64,000 nucleotides of DNA from Methanomicrobiales archaeon (GCA_029907705.1 JARYLJ010000001.1:14454-78453); one strand, 5' to 3'. Shown: positions 1 through 10,119, counted from the stretch's first letter. The notes: generated by a model not told the origin, from the letters alone. Made by a program: numbers and translations.

Positions 1-240
1 GCGTCGGCACCTGCTCCTTACCGCCGGTGAACGGGTGCTTTCATATCTGGTACTGCAGCGGTCAGCCTGGTTCGCGTTCCTCCATGAGACCGTGGTGGCG
101 GTTCACGGACAGGAAACCTGTGCTCGGAGGGCGATCGGAGGTCGCGTTCGTTCGGTTCCGCAAGAAAGTGCTTTATTCCTCAGCGGCGATGGTAATGGAG
201 GCGAACGAGGAGTGTTCGCAGAGGGCTGGTGGGAGATCGG

Positions 241-744
241 ATGGTCAGGCTGAAGGAGATACCGCATCAGACGAGGTGGCTGATCGCCTCGCATGTGCTC
301 ACCCGGCTCGTGGTGGGGCTGGGATCGGGAGGAGAAGGCGATGCCACCATTGCGTTGGAGGAGAGGATGTACGACATCATGGCGGAGGAGATCCGGGTCC
401 TGGCGGATAGATACGCGATGCCGAGGGAGCATGCGGCCGATCTGGTCTCCACGCTCGGCGCCCTCTCGGTGATCCTCTTCGGACCGGACTTCGAGACCCG
501 GTTCATCGAGGGTTACCCGGAGGAGGGGGTGATCCGGCTCCTCGCCTGTGCGATGTTCAGGGAGGAGAGCGCCCACGGGATCCCGCCTGAAGAGGTGAAC
601 CGCGTCTGCACCTCGTACGTGCAGCACGCGATCGGGGCGCTGAACCCCGAGTTCACCGTCCACATCACGAAGGCGAGGTGCCGTGACGACGGTTTCTGCG
701 AGATGATCATCGCCCGGAAGGGTGCCGCGGTGCACAACTACTGA
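241..744 (+). CDS. hypothetical protein (C-terminal Cys motif CRDDGFCE; V4R/ATC-hydrolase-like is only a guess)
   Basis: ORF 229..744. ATG at 241 is preceded by GGTGGGAG. Composition is protein-like, unlike the R/P/G-rich shadow ORFs overlapping it. No secure family call. Confidence 0.55.
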   Translation: MVRLKEIPHQTRWLIASHVLTRLVVGLGSGGEGDATIALEERMYDIMAEEIRVLADRYAMPREHAADLVSTLGALSVILFGPDFETRFIEGYPEEGVIRLLACAMFREESAHGIPPEEVNRVCTSYVQHAIGALNPEFTVHITKARCRDDGFCEMIIARKGAAVHNY

Positions 745-1097
745 TCATGCAATATGGTCCCGGGCAGAGGGGCGTTCAGGGGGACGTGCCCGGATCGGGA
801 CGCCCGCGTGAAGATGCACGGAGGGCGATCGCAGGATCCCTCCGGAGCAGATGCCGGTCCGTCGAGAGAGCAACCTGGAGAGATGGGGGGCGCCGTCTTT
901 TCTGAAGCGCGTGGATCGACAGGGTTGCGTCCGCCACATACCGGGGCAGGCAAAACAGGTCTTTTGCCCACTGGTGGGCGGGTGCATCCGATGTTCTGGC
1001 CATAGGCCATTGCCCGGGCACGACGTCGCCGGGCCTGCGATGGGGAAGAACGGGGCCGTTTCAGGCGGGGCAGCGGAGGGAGCGGGGGGGGCGATCC

Positions 1098-2174
1098 TCA
1101 GGCACGGGAGGAGAGGAACCGGTCGATCGCCTCCGCCATCCTCCTGGCCGCTCCCTCCCCGCCGAAGAGCGGGCGCCTCTCCCCGGCGGGCGGCGGGGCG
1201 GCGATCGCCTCGAGGATCCGCGCACGGTCGGTACCCGCCAGGACGTTCCAGCCGTCTGCGAGCGTCTCCACCCACTCGGTGGAATCTCGCAGCGTGATGC
1301 AGGGGATGCCCAAAATGTAAGCCTCCTTCTGCACCCCGCCGGAATCGGTCAGGCATTTTTCGGCACCGGAGAGGAGCCTGAGCATCTCCAGGTATCCGAG
1401 GGGTGCGGTGGTGATGATCTCCCCCCGAAGTTTCTCCGAAGGGCCGTACTCCTTCATGCGCACGGCGGTCCTCGGATGTACGGGAAACACCACCTTTCTC
1501 TTCGCATCCCCGATCGCACGCAGGATACCGAGGAGACGGTCCCTGGAATCGGTGTTCGAGGGGCGGTGGAGTGTCAGAACCAGGTATTCCCGTTCGTGCA
1601 GGCCGAGCCGCTCCAGTATCCGGGCTTGCTCCAGGGCATGCCGGTGGTGCTGGAGGAGTGCATCGACCATCACGTCGCCGGAGAGGTGCACCCCTTCCGT
1701 GATCCCCTCTCTCTTCAGGTTCAGTAGCGCCGTCTCGGTGGGGCAGAGGAGGAGGGCGGAGAGGTGATCCGTCAACACCCGATTGATCTCCTCCGGCATC
1801 CTCCGGTCGAAGGAACGGAGGCCTGCCTCCACGTGGGCGATGGGCACGTGCAGCTTTGCTGCTGCAAGAGCACCCGCGAGGGTGGAGTTCGTGTCCCCGT
1901 ACACGATGACCATCTCTGGCTCCTCCTGCAGGAGCACCCCCTCCACGCGCTTCAGCATCTCTCCCGTCTGCCACCCATGCGTCCCTGAACCGACGCCCAG
2001 GTTGTACGCGGGATGCGGAATCCGCAGTTCCTCGAAGAAGAGACCGGACATCTCCGGATCGTAGTGCTGCCCTGTATGGACGAGGATCTCCTCGTGCCGC
2101 TTTCGGAGCTCCTGCGAGAGCGGGGCGCACTTGATGAACTGGGGTCGCGCCCCCACGATGGAGACGATCTTCAT
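1098..2174 (-). CDS. wecB: non-hydrolysing UDP-N-acetylglucosamine 2-epimerase family (WecB/WbpI-like)
   Basis: 358 aa, MKIVSIVGARPQFIKCAPL...HTGQHYD...VYGDTNSTLAGALAAAK...HVEAGLRSFDRRMPEEINR, typical of the family. ATGA overlap with the upstream gene at 2171-2174. Confidence 0.9.
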   Translation of the reverse strand: MKIVSIVGARPQFIKCAPLSQELRKRHEEILVHTGQHYDPEMSGLFFEELRIPHPAYNLGVGSGTHGWQTGEMLKRVEGVLLQEEPEMVIVYGDTNSTLAGALAAAKLHVPIAHVEAGLRSFDRRMPEEINRVLTDHLSALLLCPTETALLNLKREGITEGVHLSGDVMVDALLQHHRHALEQARILERLGLHEREYLVLTLHRPSNTDSRDRLLGILRAIGDAKRKVVFPVHPRTAVRMKEYGPSEKLRGEIITTAPLGYLEMLRLLSGAEKCLTDSGGVQKEAYILGIPCITLRDSTEWVETLADGWNVLAGTDRARILEAIAAPPPAGERRPLFGGEGAARRMAEAIDRFLSSRA

Positions 2175-3616
2175 GCCTCTGCGATCCGATGCGAGTTCCG
2201 GTCCCCCCGGCCGATACCCTTGTAGACGAAGCCGGCGTGGATGAACGGATCGGGGTCGATCACGTTCCTTCCATCGACGATCACGGGATGGGGAGCACCG
2301 GAGAGTGTCCGCACATGCGCCGGCTCCAGGGACCTGTAGAGCCGGTGGCCCGTACAGATCGCGATCGCGTCTGCGCCGGCGAGGGCCGCGTCGAGGTCAT
2401 GGAGGATCTCCACCCCTTCGTACTCCTCCACGTGGGGATCGTGGACCGACACCTCTGCACCCCTGCCGGCGACCAGGTTCCTGAAGGCCTCTGCCGGGGT
2501 ATTGCGGGCGTCGTCGGAGTCCGCGATGAATGCCCAGCCGAGGAGCGCGATTCTGGCACCATCCATCTTCTTTCCTGCACGCACGAGACCGGCGAGGGTC
2601 AGCTCCGCCATGTGCACCGGCATGAAGTCGTTCACCCGACGTGCGACCAGGAAGAGGGACCCGATCTCCTGCGGGAGCGGCGCACCTCCGCCGAGCATCC
2701 TCGCCCCCCGCTCCAGGTGGAAGGTGTCCTTCGTCAGGCAGTGCCCGCCCACACCTGCCCCGGGGAGAAGAAGCGCACGGGTGACGCCCTCCTCTCTCAG
2801 CGATGCGATGCCGTGGTGGACATCGTAGAAGTTCACCCCCATCGCCTCGCAGTAGATGGCCAGCTGGTTCGCCGCCGCGATCTGGAGATCGCGGAGAGCG
2901 TTCTCTGCGGTCTTCTCCACCTCGGCGGCGGTCGCACCCATCGGGATGAGCTTTCCCTTTGTCAGGATCGGGCGGTAGAGTTCGCAGGCGCGCCGGGTGC
3001 TCGCATCGTCGATCCCGCCCACGATCCGGTCATGCTCCCTCAGGTTCCTGACGAGGCGCCCGACCATCACGCGTTCGGGCGCGTGCGCGAGGGCGAAGTC
3101 CTCCCCTGCCCTCATTCCCGATGCCCCCTCCAGCAGCTGGCGCACGATCCCTGTGGTCGTGCCTGGCGTCACCGTCGACTCGAGCACGACGAGCATCCCG
3201 TCGACCAGATGTTCGCCCACCCTCCTCACCGCCTCCTCCAGCGGCGAGAAGTCCGGGACGAGATCCTCCGGCCTCCTGAAGGGCGTCTGTACTGCTATGG
3301 TGACCGCATCGCAGCTTCCCACCTCCGAGAAGTCGGATGTGCACCTGAATCGACCCTCCCTGACGACCCGCTGCAGGATCCCTGCCAGCTCCGGCTCCTC
3401 GCCCTTCAGGGGGCTCTCGCCTCTGTTCAGCATCGCGATCTTTTGCTTCCCCGAGGGTGACTCCCGCTGGAAGCCCAGCACGGACTCGTAGACAGGGGCG
3501 TCTGCGAAGAGGACGGCGGATGGGATCCCCACGTAGCCCATGCCGACGACGCCCACCCGCCTGATCCTCCCCCTCTCTTCGAACAGCAACTCCAGGCGGC
3601 CCTTCAACGTGCACAC
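2171..3616 (-). CDS. nucleotide-sugar 6-dehydrogenase (UDP-GlcNAc/UDP-ManNAc dehydrogenase, WbpA/WecC-like)
   Basis: Rossmann motif VGVVGMGYVGIPSA, then GGHCLTKD and a C-terminal UDP-binding domain. The long ORF 2171..3961 is trimmed to GTG 3616 (or TTG 3607) just after the stop of the upstream gene at 3604; the internal ATG at 3541 would cut the GxGxxG motif. Confidence 0.85.
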   Translation of the reverse strand: MCTLKGRLELLFEERGRIRRVGVVGMGYVGIPSAVLFADAPVYESVLGFQRESPSGKQKIAMLNRGESPLKGEEPELAGILQRVVREGRFRCTSDFSEVGSCDAVTIAVQTPFRRPEDLVPDFSPLEEAVRRVGEHLVDGMLVVLESTVTPGTTTGIVRQLLEGASGMRAGEDFALAHAPERVMVGRLVRNLREHDRIVGGIDDASTRRACELYRPILTKGKLIPMGATAAEVEKTAENALRDLQIAAANQLAIYCEAMGVNFYDVHHGIASLREEGVTRALLLPGAGVGGHCLTKDTFHLERGARMLGGGAPLPQEIGSLFLVARRVNDFMPVHMAELTLAGLVRAGKKMDGARIALLGWAFIADSDDARNTPAEAFRNLVAGRGAEVSVHDPHVEEYEGVEILHDLDAALAGADAIAICTGHRLYRSLEPAHVRTLSGAPHPVIVDGRNVIDPDPFIHAGFVYKGIGRGDRNSHRIAEA

Positions 3617-4515
3617 CCTCTCCTGATCTCCTCGCAGAGCACGAGGTTCCGGACCGCCTGCTCTGGCGTCACCGGGAACGGCTCGTGCCTCTCGACGCAG
3701 TCCAGGAAGGTGGTGAGCTCCAGCTTCAGGGGTTCCACCTTGTTCACCATCACCATCTCGATCGTGCCCTCCTGGACATAACGCTGGTTCTCGATCGCAT
3801 ACTGCCCCGGTCGCCTGTAGACGACCACCTCCTGCGTCATGAAGTTCCCCTCCACCGTCGCATCCCTGCATTCGATATAGATCGACCTCATCTTCTTCGC
3901 CGCCCTCCTGCTCGCGGAGAGGTAGACGGGGACCCGGCTGATCTTCAGGAGTGCGGCACATACGTCGTCGTCCCCTGCACTGGAGACAGAGTACTCGCCG
4001 TTGGGAAAGAGGTGGAAGGCGATGTCGATGTCATGGATCATCAGATCCTCGATGACGGAGCTTCCGGTGACGCGGGCGGATGCAGGGTTGTGCCGCTTCA
4101 TCTCGACGTAGCAGGGATCGGAGATGATCCTCTGCATCTCCTTCACGATCGGGTTGAAGCGTTCGATGTGCCCGACCCCCAGGATCAGGTCAGACGGGAT
4201 CCTGGAGAGGAGCCGTCTGCCCTCCTCTGCCGTGGCACATATCGGTTTTTCGATCAGCTGGTGGACACCCGCCTCCACCGCCTTCTCCGCCACCCTGTAG
4301 TGGTATCCGGTCGGGACGCAGATGCTCACCGCCTCGCTCTTTTTCAGGACCTCCTCCACGCTGCCGGACGGTATGGCGCCGAACTGCCGCTCCATACTCT
4401 GCAGCGTCAGGGAGTTCGTGTCGAAGACGTGGACCGCGCTCACCCGCCGCATCTCCGAGTATATGCGGACGTGGTTCTTCCCCATGTTTCCTGCGCCGAT
4501 CACTCCGACCTCCAT
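3604..4515 (-). CDS. Gfo/Idh/MocA-family NAD-dependent oxidoreductase (WbpB-like UDP-sugar 3-dehydrogenase)
   Basis: 303 aa with N-terminal MEVGVIGAGNMGKNH Rossmann and the EKP motif (LIEKPICAT). Sits in the operon between an aminotransferase and a sugar dehydrogenase. Confidence 0.8.
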   Translation of the reverse strand: MEVGVIGAGNMGKNHVRIYSEMRRVSAVHVFDTNSLTLQSMERQFGAIPSGSVEEVLKKSEAVSICVPTGYHYRVAEKAVEAGVHQLIEKPICATAEEGRRLLSRIPSDLILGVGHIERFNPIVKEMQRIISDPCYVEMKRHNPASARVTGSSVIEDLMIHDIDIAFHLFPNGEYSVSSAGDDDVCAALLKISRVPVYLSASRRAAKKMRSIYIECRDATVEGNFMTQEVVVYRRPGQYAIENQRYVQEGTIEMVMVNKVEPLKLELTTFLDCVERHEPFPVTPEQAVRNLVLCEEIRRGCAR

Positions 4516-4516
4516 G

Positions 4517-5608
4517 CTAGCTCACCTCTCCTATCGCGTGGGCGATCGCCTCCATCTCCTCCTCGCCGAGCGCGGGATGCACCGGCAGACTGAGCACCTC
4601 CCGCGCCAGCTGCGCCGAGCGGGGGCAGGGCGCGTGCGCCTCCCCTGCATAGCACGGCTGCTCGGGGAGCGGGACCGGGTAGTGGATCGCGGTCCCGATG
4701 CCCCTCTCTGTCAGGTGCGCGACGAGCGCCTCCCTCGCGAGCGGGAATGCACCGGTAACCCTGACCACGTACTGGTGGTACACGTGGTGGACGCCCCGGC
4801 GCAGATGGGGAGTCATCAGTCCGCTGCCCCTTAGAAGGGTGTTCAGCATCGCGGCATTCCTGTTCCTCAGCTCGTTGAAGCGGTCCAGCTTCCTCAGCTG
4901 CACCCTCCCGATCGCACCGGCGATATCCGTCATCCGGTAGTTGTAACCGAGGATCGCGTGGAGGTACTTCTCCTTCTGCCCGTGGTTGATGATCATCCGT
5001 ATCCTCTCCGCATATGCACGGTCGTCCGTCGTCACCATCCCCCCTTCCCCCGTGGTCATGTTCTTCGTCGGGTAGAAGGAGAAGCAGGCCATCGCACCCA
5101 GTCCGCCCACCCTTCTCCCTTGGTACACCGCTCCATGCGCCTGCGCTGCATCCTCGATCAGGACGATCCCGTGGTCCTCGCAGAGGTCGCGGATGCCCTT
5201 CACGTCGAAGGGCTGGCCGAAGAGGTGGACTCCGATGATCGCCTTCGTATGCCGATCGACCGCCTCTCCCACCGCATCGGGGGAGATGTTGAAGGTGTCC
5301 ATCTCCACATCGACGAACTTCGGCCTCGCGCCGGTCATGGAGACTGCACTTGCGGTCGCGAAGAAGGTGAAGGCCGGCACGATCACGCTGTCGCCTTCGC
5401 CCACGTTGGCCGCGAGCAGGGCGGCATGCAGCGCGGTGGTGCCGTTGCTGGTCGCCACCGCGTGCCCGGTTCCGCAGTAGGCGGCGAACTCCTCCTCGAA
5501 CCGCCTCACCTGCTCCCCCGCCGCGAGCATCCCTGACCTGATCACCTCGCCTGCCGCAGCCGCCTCCTCCTCGCCGGTGAGGGGTTTTGCGATGGGCACC
5601 CGGATCAT
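4517..5608 (-). CDS. DegT/DnrJ/EryC1/StrS-family PLP-dependent sugar aminotransferase (WbpE-like)
   Basis: [15 protein letters not shown]...[11 protein letters not shown]...[15 protein letters not shown]...[23 protein letters not shown] 5608 overlaps the stop of the upstream gene (ATGA). The ORF part upstream of 5608 is R/G-rich junk. Confidence 0.9.
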   Translation of the reverse strand: MIRVPIAKPLTGEEEAAAAGEVIRSGMLAAGEQVRRFEEEFAAYCGTGHAVATSNGTTALHAALLAANVGEGDSVIVPAFTFFATASAVSMTGARPKFVDVEMDTFNISPDAVGEAVDRHTKAIIGVHLFGQPFDVKGIRDLCEDHGIVLIEDAAQAHGAVYQGRRVGGLGAMACFSFYPTKNMTTGEGGMVTTDDRAYAERIRMIINHGQKEKYLHAILGYNYRMTDIAGAIGRVQLRKLDRFNELRNRNAAMLNTLLRGSGLMTPHLRRGVHHVYHQYVVRVTGAFPLAREALVAHLTERGIGTAIHYPVPLPEQPCYAGEAHAPCPRSAQLAREVLSLPVHPALGEEEMEAIAHAIGEVS

Positions 5609-6216
5609 CGGGGGCTCATCTCCTCCGGCAGAGGTCTGAAGCGGGCAGGGACCCCGATGGCGAGCGTCCGGGGCGGAACGTCGTGCGTCACCACCGCGCC
5701 GGCGGCGACCACCGCACCCTCGCCCACCGTCACGCCAGGCAGCACCGTGGAGTTTCCGCCGATCGCCGCCCCTGCCATGATGCATGGCCCCCTGAGCGAG
5801 GGCCTCCCCAGAGGCGGATACCGGTCGTTCAGCAGCACCGCATGGGGGCCGATGAAGGCGCGGTCCTCGATCGTCGTATGCGTGGGGACGAAGACCATGC
5901 TCTGGATCCTCACCTCCGAGCCGATCGCGGTGTACCCCTCGATGACGCTCATCGATCCGACCGAGGTCTTCTGGCCGATCCTGGTCCGCTCTCGGATGAG
6001 CACCCCATGGCCGCACTGAAAATCATCCCCGATCTCCACGTCGCAGTATATGACGGTGCCCGAACGGATGAGGGCATTCCTGCCGAGGGTCGCTCCGGGG
6101 TAACCCTCCTCCCCCAGCCGTTCCCGAGAGGGAAAGCCCAGCGTGACGGGAGGGAAGATCCGGCTCCCCTCACCGATGGAATTTATCCCATATTCAATCA
6201 GGTCAGTAATCATCAC
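5605..6216 (-). CDS. left-handed beta-helix (hexapeptide-repeat) N-acetyltransferase (WbpD-like)
   Basis: 203 aa with repeated [LIV]G hexapeptide pattern ([33 protein letters not shown]...[25 protein letters not shown]). First gene of the operon. Confidence 0.85.
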   Translation of the reverse strand: MMITDLIEYGINSIGEGSRIFPPVTLGFPSRERLGEEGYPGATLGRNALIRSGTVIYCDVEIGDDFQCGHGVLIRERTRIGQKTSVGSMSVIEGYTAIGSEVRIQSMVFVPTHTTIEDRAFIGPHAVLLNDRYPPLGRPSLRGPCIMAGAAIGGNSTVLPGVTVGEGAVVAAGAVVTHDVPPRTLAIGVPARFRPLPEEMSPR

Positions 6217-6225
6217 ACGTAGATC

Positions 6226-6246
6226 TTATATATCGCATATAATATC
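6226..6246 (-). promoter_or_regulatory. TATA-like box for the 6216->1098 operon (probably leaderless or very short leader)
   Basis: Minus-strand reading is GATATTATATGCGATATATAAGATC, ending 10 nt upstream of ATG 6216. It is the only AT-rich patch in a GC-rich spacer. Confidence 0.4.
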
Positions 6247-6664
6247 TAGCTGCTGAACGAGGGCGCATGCGGCTCGTCTCTCGGACGGTGGTCGCCCGCC
6301 AGGCGGAGGTTCTCGCGGACAAAGGCAGAGGGCATCCTGCTTCAGGAGGCAATGGAGGGATCTCACCGCTCCATATCGTCCCGTTTTCATCTCTGTAGCC
6401 TCTTGCTCCTCCAGGCTGGGGATGTGGCGCAGTCCTCCGCCCGCCTGCGGGGAGGGACGTGTGCCGTTGCTGCACGATCGTGGACGTGAAGGCCCTGAAC
6501 AAGAGATGAGAGGAGACGCGATTCATCTGCCGGCGTATCCAGACCGCCCAAGGCCATCGTTTCCACAAATCTTATCAGACAGCCGGCACAAACGGCTCTT
6601 GTGCTCAGATGAACCGATTCGAGGGATTTCCACTGTTCTGGTGATATTCTGATTCTTCAGAGGG

Positions 6665-9600
6665 TTGGAAAGCATGGCGGGTTCTTTTGGGACGGGGAAG
6701 ATCCGGAGGGTTGCTCTCCTCCTGGCGCTGCTCCTCCTCGTCGTCTGCCATGCGTACGCGGTGGTGCCCTGCCCCTCCGGCTGCGCCTGCCTGAACGGGG
6801 CGGACGCGAAGGCGAAGGGATACACCGCCCTCTGCGCTGACAGGCAGACGCTCTGCGGGTACGACGCGAACCAGAACCCCATGTACTGTTATGTGATCCC
6901 CCAAACGACCACTCCACCTACGGTGGCCACTCCGAACCCCCGGTGCCCCTCGGGATGCGCATGCCTCCGCGAAGCGGACGGTGAGGCGAAGGGGTTTTCT
7001 CGTTGCGCGGAAGAACGGATACCCTGCGGCTTCGATGCGACGCAGCAGCCAATGTACTGTTTCGACACGACCGTGCGGGTGGAAGCCAGCTACGCCCCCT
7101 GTCCTGCGGACTGCGCCTGCATGGATGCGGCGGAGGCAGAGGGGAAGGGGTACTCCTGCTGCGATGGCTGCCGTCAACCCTGCGGAGGGACCACAGACGG
7201 TGCAGCGCGTTACTGCTTCCGGAAGGTGGAACGATGCCCTGAAGGGTGCGAGTGCCTGGACCCCTTCAGCGCAGCGAGGGCAGGGTATGCGGAACTCTGC
7301 GGAGGCGATAAGAGCGTCTGCGCGATCGTCGATGGTGCGGAGCGGTACTGCTATGGGAAGCCGCCATCAAAGGCGACGGCGATTTCGGCCGAAAGAACGG
7401 TGGTCGCGCCGGGAGCGGGGGTGGCTGCCTGCACCCTCTCGGGCCGTATCACGGGGTTTACGCACGATCCCTCCTCAATCAGGGTGAGCGTGCAGGAGAT
7501 GGAGTACATTCCGGCGAGCTGCCTGGCGACACCGCCCTTCACCTGCTTCCCCGGTGCGTACCGCCCGAAGAGCGGTGCCGCGCCCGTGATCCTGGAGGCG
7601 ACTCCGGCATATGCCGGAGATCTCCCCTCTTTCCTCGCATACAGGGTCTCAGTGGACTGCTTCGGGACATACCAGGTGAGGCCGGTCTATCATGCCGGAG
7701 GAGACGCCTGCGAATGGGAGGGGAGCTGGGAGTACGCGAAGAGCACGCCCTTCGTCATGAATGGCAGCAGCGAGGACGCCTACGACATCAGGTACGTCCA
7801 GCCGGACAACCGTGTCCCCGATATTGGGATCGCGTTCGGCCCGCCGGTCCCGCCGGCGGAGCACATGGGGCAGGGGAACTGGACGATCAATATGAGGGCA
7901 CAGGATCCGGGAGGGATCAGGCGTATCAGCGCGGGGGTCAATCTGACCGTGGAGTACTATACCTCGGACGGGAAGGTGCCCCTGGAACGGGTGCCCGTCG
8001 ATGTGCACCTCCTGTATCGCGTCAGCTGCAACGAATCACCATGCGAATTCACGGTGCCCTACCAGCCCGCGAGCAGGAGGATGATACTGGACCTCGAGGT
8101 GAGCGCCTGCGATCGGGCAGGGAACGGAGTTGTACGGAGTTACCATCGGGAGTTCCCGGAGGGAGATGGGGATCTCCTGATAGAGGGAGCGGCACCGGTG
8201 CAGGTGCTCTATGGCGCCCCGCTGGTGAGGGGGAAGGGTACCGCCTTCCGGGTGAATGTCAGCTCCACCTTCCCGTACGCCGTGGAGGCGAAGCTGGGGC
8301 TCCACCTGAATCCGTCGGAGTGAGGGACGGTCCTCTCCTCCGGGAGCACGGTCGGAGGTGTGCCGGCGGGCTGGTCCTATCCGGAGGTGTGGGGGCCGGT
8401 CAGGATCCCGGCGAACGCGAGGAACTTCAGCGTGATGCTGCCGGTCATTCCTGACTGGAGGAGGGATCTGGCCTTCTCCGCCACACCTGCGATCGCCGGC
8501 ACGCTCGTTTCCGGGTGGCGGGATGGCATCGTGCGGGGGCCCGACGTCCGGGTGATGCCAAAGCCGGTTGCAGAGAGGGCATCCTTCGCCGTATCGATCG
8601 ATCCGGACGATCTGGTGCGGGAGAGGAACGAGGAAAACAACCGCTGAAGTTCGCCCGTGTACCCGACGACGGTCACGAGGGGTTACAGTTTCGCTGTATT
8701 CCGTGTCATCGGCGGCGTGGACGAGCCCGGTGTCTGCCCGCCGGGGCTCGAGAGCCGGCCCTCCTTCGGGGACGTGAACGATGCAATCCGGCGGAACCTG
8801 GAATACCTGGTGGGGACGTTTCCGCTCGCGGAGGAGAAGGTCAGCTACACGATCATGCCGCAGACGGACATCGTCTTCAACCTCTCCAACACCTCGCGGA
8901 GCCGGTTCCTGACCCTCCTCTACCGTCTGGCGGGCAGCGATTTCGACTGGGCGGTGGGGGTCACCTGTGGCTGCTGCGGAGGCACGGTCTCCTGGGACAC
9001 GAGGGCGGTGCTGATCGGGAACAGCACATCGAACATCCACAACCTGGCCCACGAGGCGAGCCATATCACGAGCGTCGCCTCCGCCCACGACTGCTACGGG
9101 TGCGGGAGCAACGAGGCGGACTGCCGCACCTGCCGGAGCAGCGAGGGCTTCTGGGTGAACGCCTGGGAGGCGTACCCGCGGGAGGAGCCTCCACCCTCCT
9201 GGTCCTCCGCGGACGGTGACTGGGCCGAGAACGAGTGGCTGCGGCGCTGCTACTACATGGACTTCTCCAACTACGCCCCCTACTGCTGGGTCCGGATGGA
9301 CCCGGTGAGAAGGGACAGCGGGGGATCCTTCCCCGATGGTTACCTGAACCTCGTCACGCGCCTCGCGGATGCACGGGATCCGGAGGGGATGCTGGTGAGC
9401 GGGGAGATCTGCAGGGATGGGCGTGTGTCGCTCGATCCGTTCATCAGAACCGCAAATGCGAGACCTGATCTGCCCTATGGCACGGAGGGAGGATACAGGT
9501 TCCTCCTCCTGGATGCCTCGGGGCGCGAGCTGGGGACGGCCGGCTTCGATCCGGTCTTCGAGGAGACCGCCACTGAACCGGAGTCGGGGAGCCGTCCCCT

Positions 9601-10109
9601 CACGTGAACGGGCTTTGCCTATACGCTTGCCTGGGTGGAGGGCACGAGGGCGATCGAGCTGAGGGATCCTGCGGGGAGGTTGGCCGCACGCCGGGAGGTC
9701 CCCCCCATGCCCCGGAGGTGAAGTTGGTCTCGCCGAACGGCGGGGAGGTCTGGGTGCAGGGGATAGGCACTCGATCACCTGGGAGGGGAGCGACCGCGAT
9801 GGAGATCCGCTCTACTACGGGGTCGCGATCAGCAGCGATGGCGGCGGTACCTGGATCCCGCTGGAGATCGATCTCCGCGAGCGTGAGTACGCGATCGATA
9901 CCGGCGCTCTGGCGCCCTCCAGCGGGTACCTGGTCCGTGTGAGGGCGACGGACGGGTTGAACACAGCAGAGGACAGATCCGATGCCGCGTTCCGCATCGT
10001 CACCGCACCGGAGGCGACGAAGAGCGGGATGCCCATCACCGGAGATATCCTCCTCTGCATGTCGGCGATCGCCCTGTTCCTGGCGAGAAGGCGTATCGGG
10101 GGCAGATAA
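6665..10109 (+). pseudogene. disrupted gene for a ~1150-aa secreted, C-terminally anchored Cys-repeat / CARDB-like / HExxH protein
   Basis: One continuous protein-like reading runs from the signal peptide (MESMAGSFGTGKIRRVALLLALLLLVVCHAYA) to a C-terminal TM+RRR tail. It is broken by in-frame TGA at 8321-8323, 8645-8647 and 9605-9607. It also carries single-base frame changes in a C7 run (9700-9706) and a G4 run (9759-9762). Final stop is TAA 10107-10109, followed by a T7 tract. Confidence 0.65.
6770..7351 (+). repeat. four tandem Cys-rich protein repeats (~39-40 aa each, spaced ~45-58 aa start to start) at the N-terminus of the disrupted gene
   Basis: CPSGCACLNGADAKAKGYTALCADRQTLCGYDANQNPMYC / CPSGCACLREADGEAKGFSRCAEERIPCGFDATQQPMYC / CPADCACMDAAEAEGKGYSCCDGCRQPCGGTTDGAARYC / CPEGCECLDPFSAARAGYAELCGGDKSVCAIVDGAERYC. 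Confidence 0.85.
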
Positions 10110-10112
10110 CCC

Positions 10113-10119
10113 TTTTTTT
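10113..10119 (+). terminator. oligo-T (T7) archaeal terminator after the disrupted surface gene
   Basis: cccTTTTTTTg lies 4 nt after the TAA at 10107-10109. Confidence 0.5.

Noticed and set aside
745-2130. Long shadow ORFs opposite or overlapping real genes (for example 745..2130-, 2189..3460+, 8036..9778-, 9982..11397+, 13823..14665-, 14464..15990+, 15687..17909+, 16843..18066-, 18437..19561-, 21400..22941-, 40055..41563-, 41955..42872-, 44798..46465-, 48426..49373+, 54916..56457-, 57677..58651-).
   Set aside because: Their translations are dominated by R/P/G/H/A runs with no motifs, as expected for stop-poor alternative frames in GC-rich DNA. In each case another frame encodes a recognisable protein.
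6230-6240. The ATATGCG(ATAT) core treated as a novel transcription-factor motif (sites at 6230, 12642, 41660 and 53085; weaker ones at 59964 and 60333).
   Set aside because: Its position 25-35 nt upstream of start codons, and its similarity to other local boxes (TTTATGTA, TATTTATGC, TTTATGATATGG), fits a TATA-box variant. Only the extended 16-mer identity between two sites is kept as a low-interest finding.
8321-9607. The three in-frame TGA codons read as selenocysteine or another programmed recoding.
   Set aside because: I saw no SECIS-like hairpin. The positions are not Cys-equivalent catalytic sites. Methanomicrobiales are not known Sec users. The same gene also has two frameshifts, so decay or sequence error is the simpler explanation. 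It is kept as a finding only as a disrupted gene.
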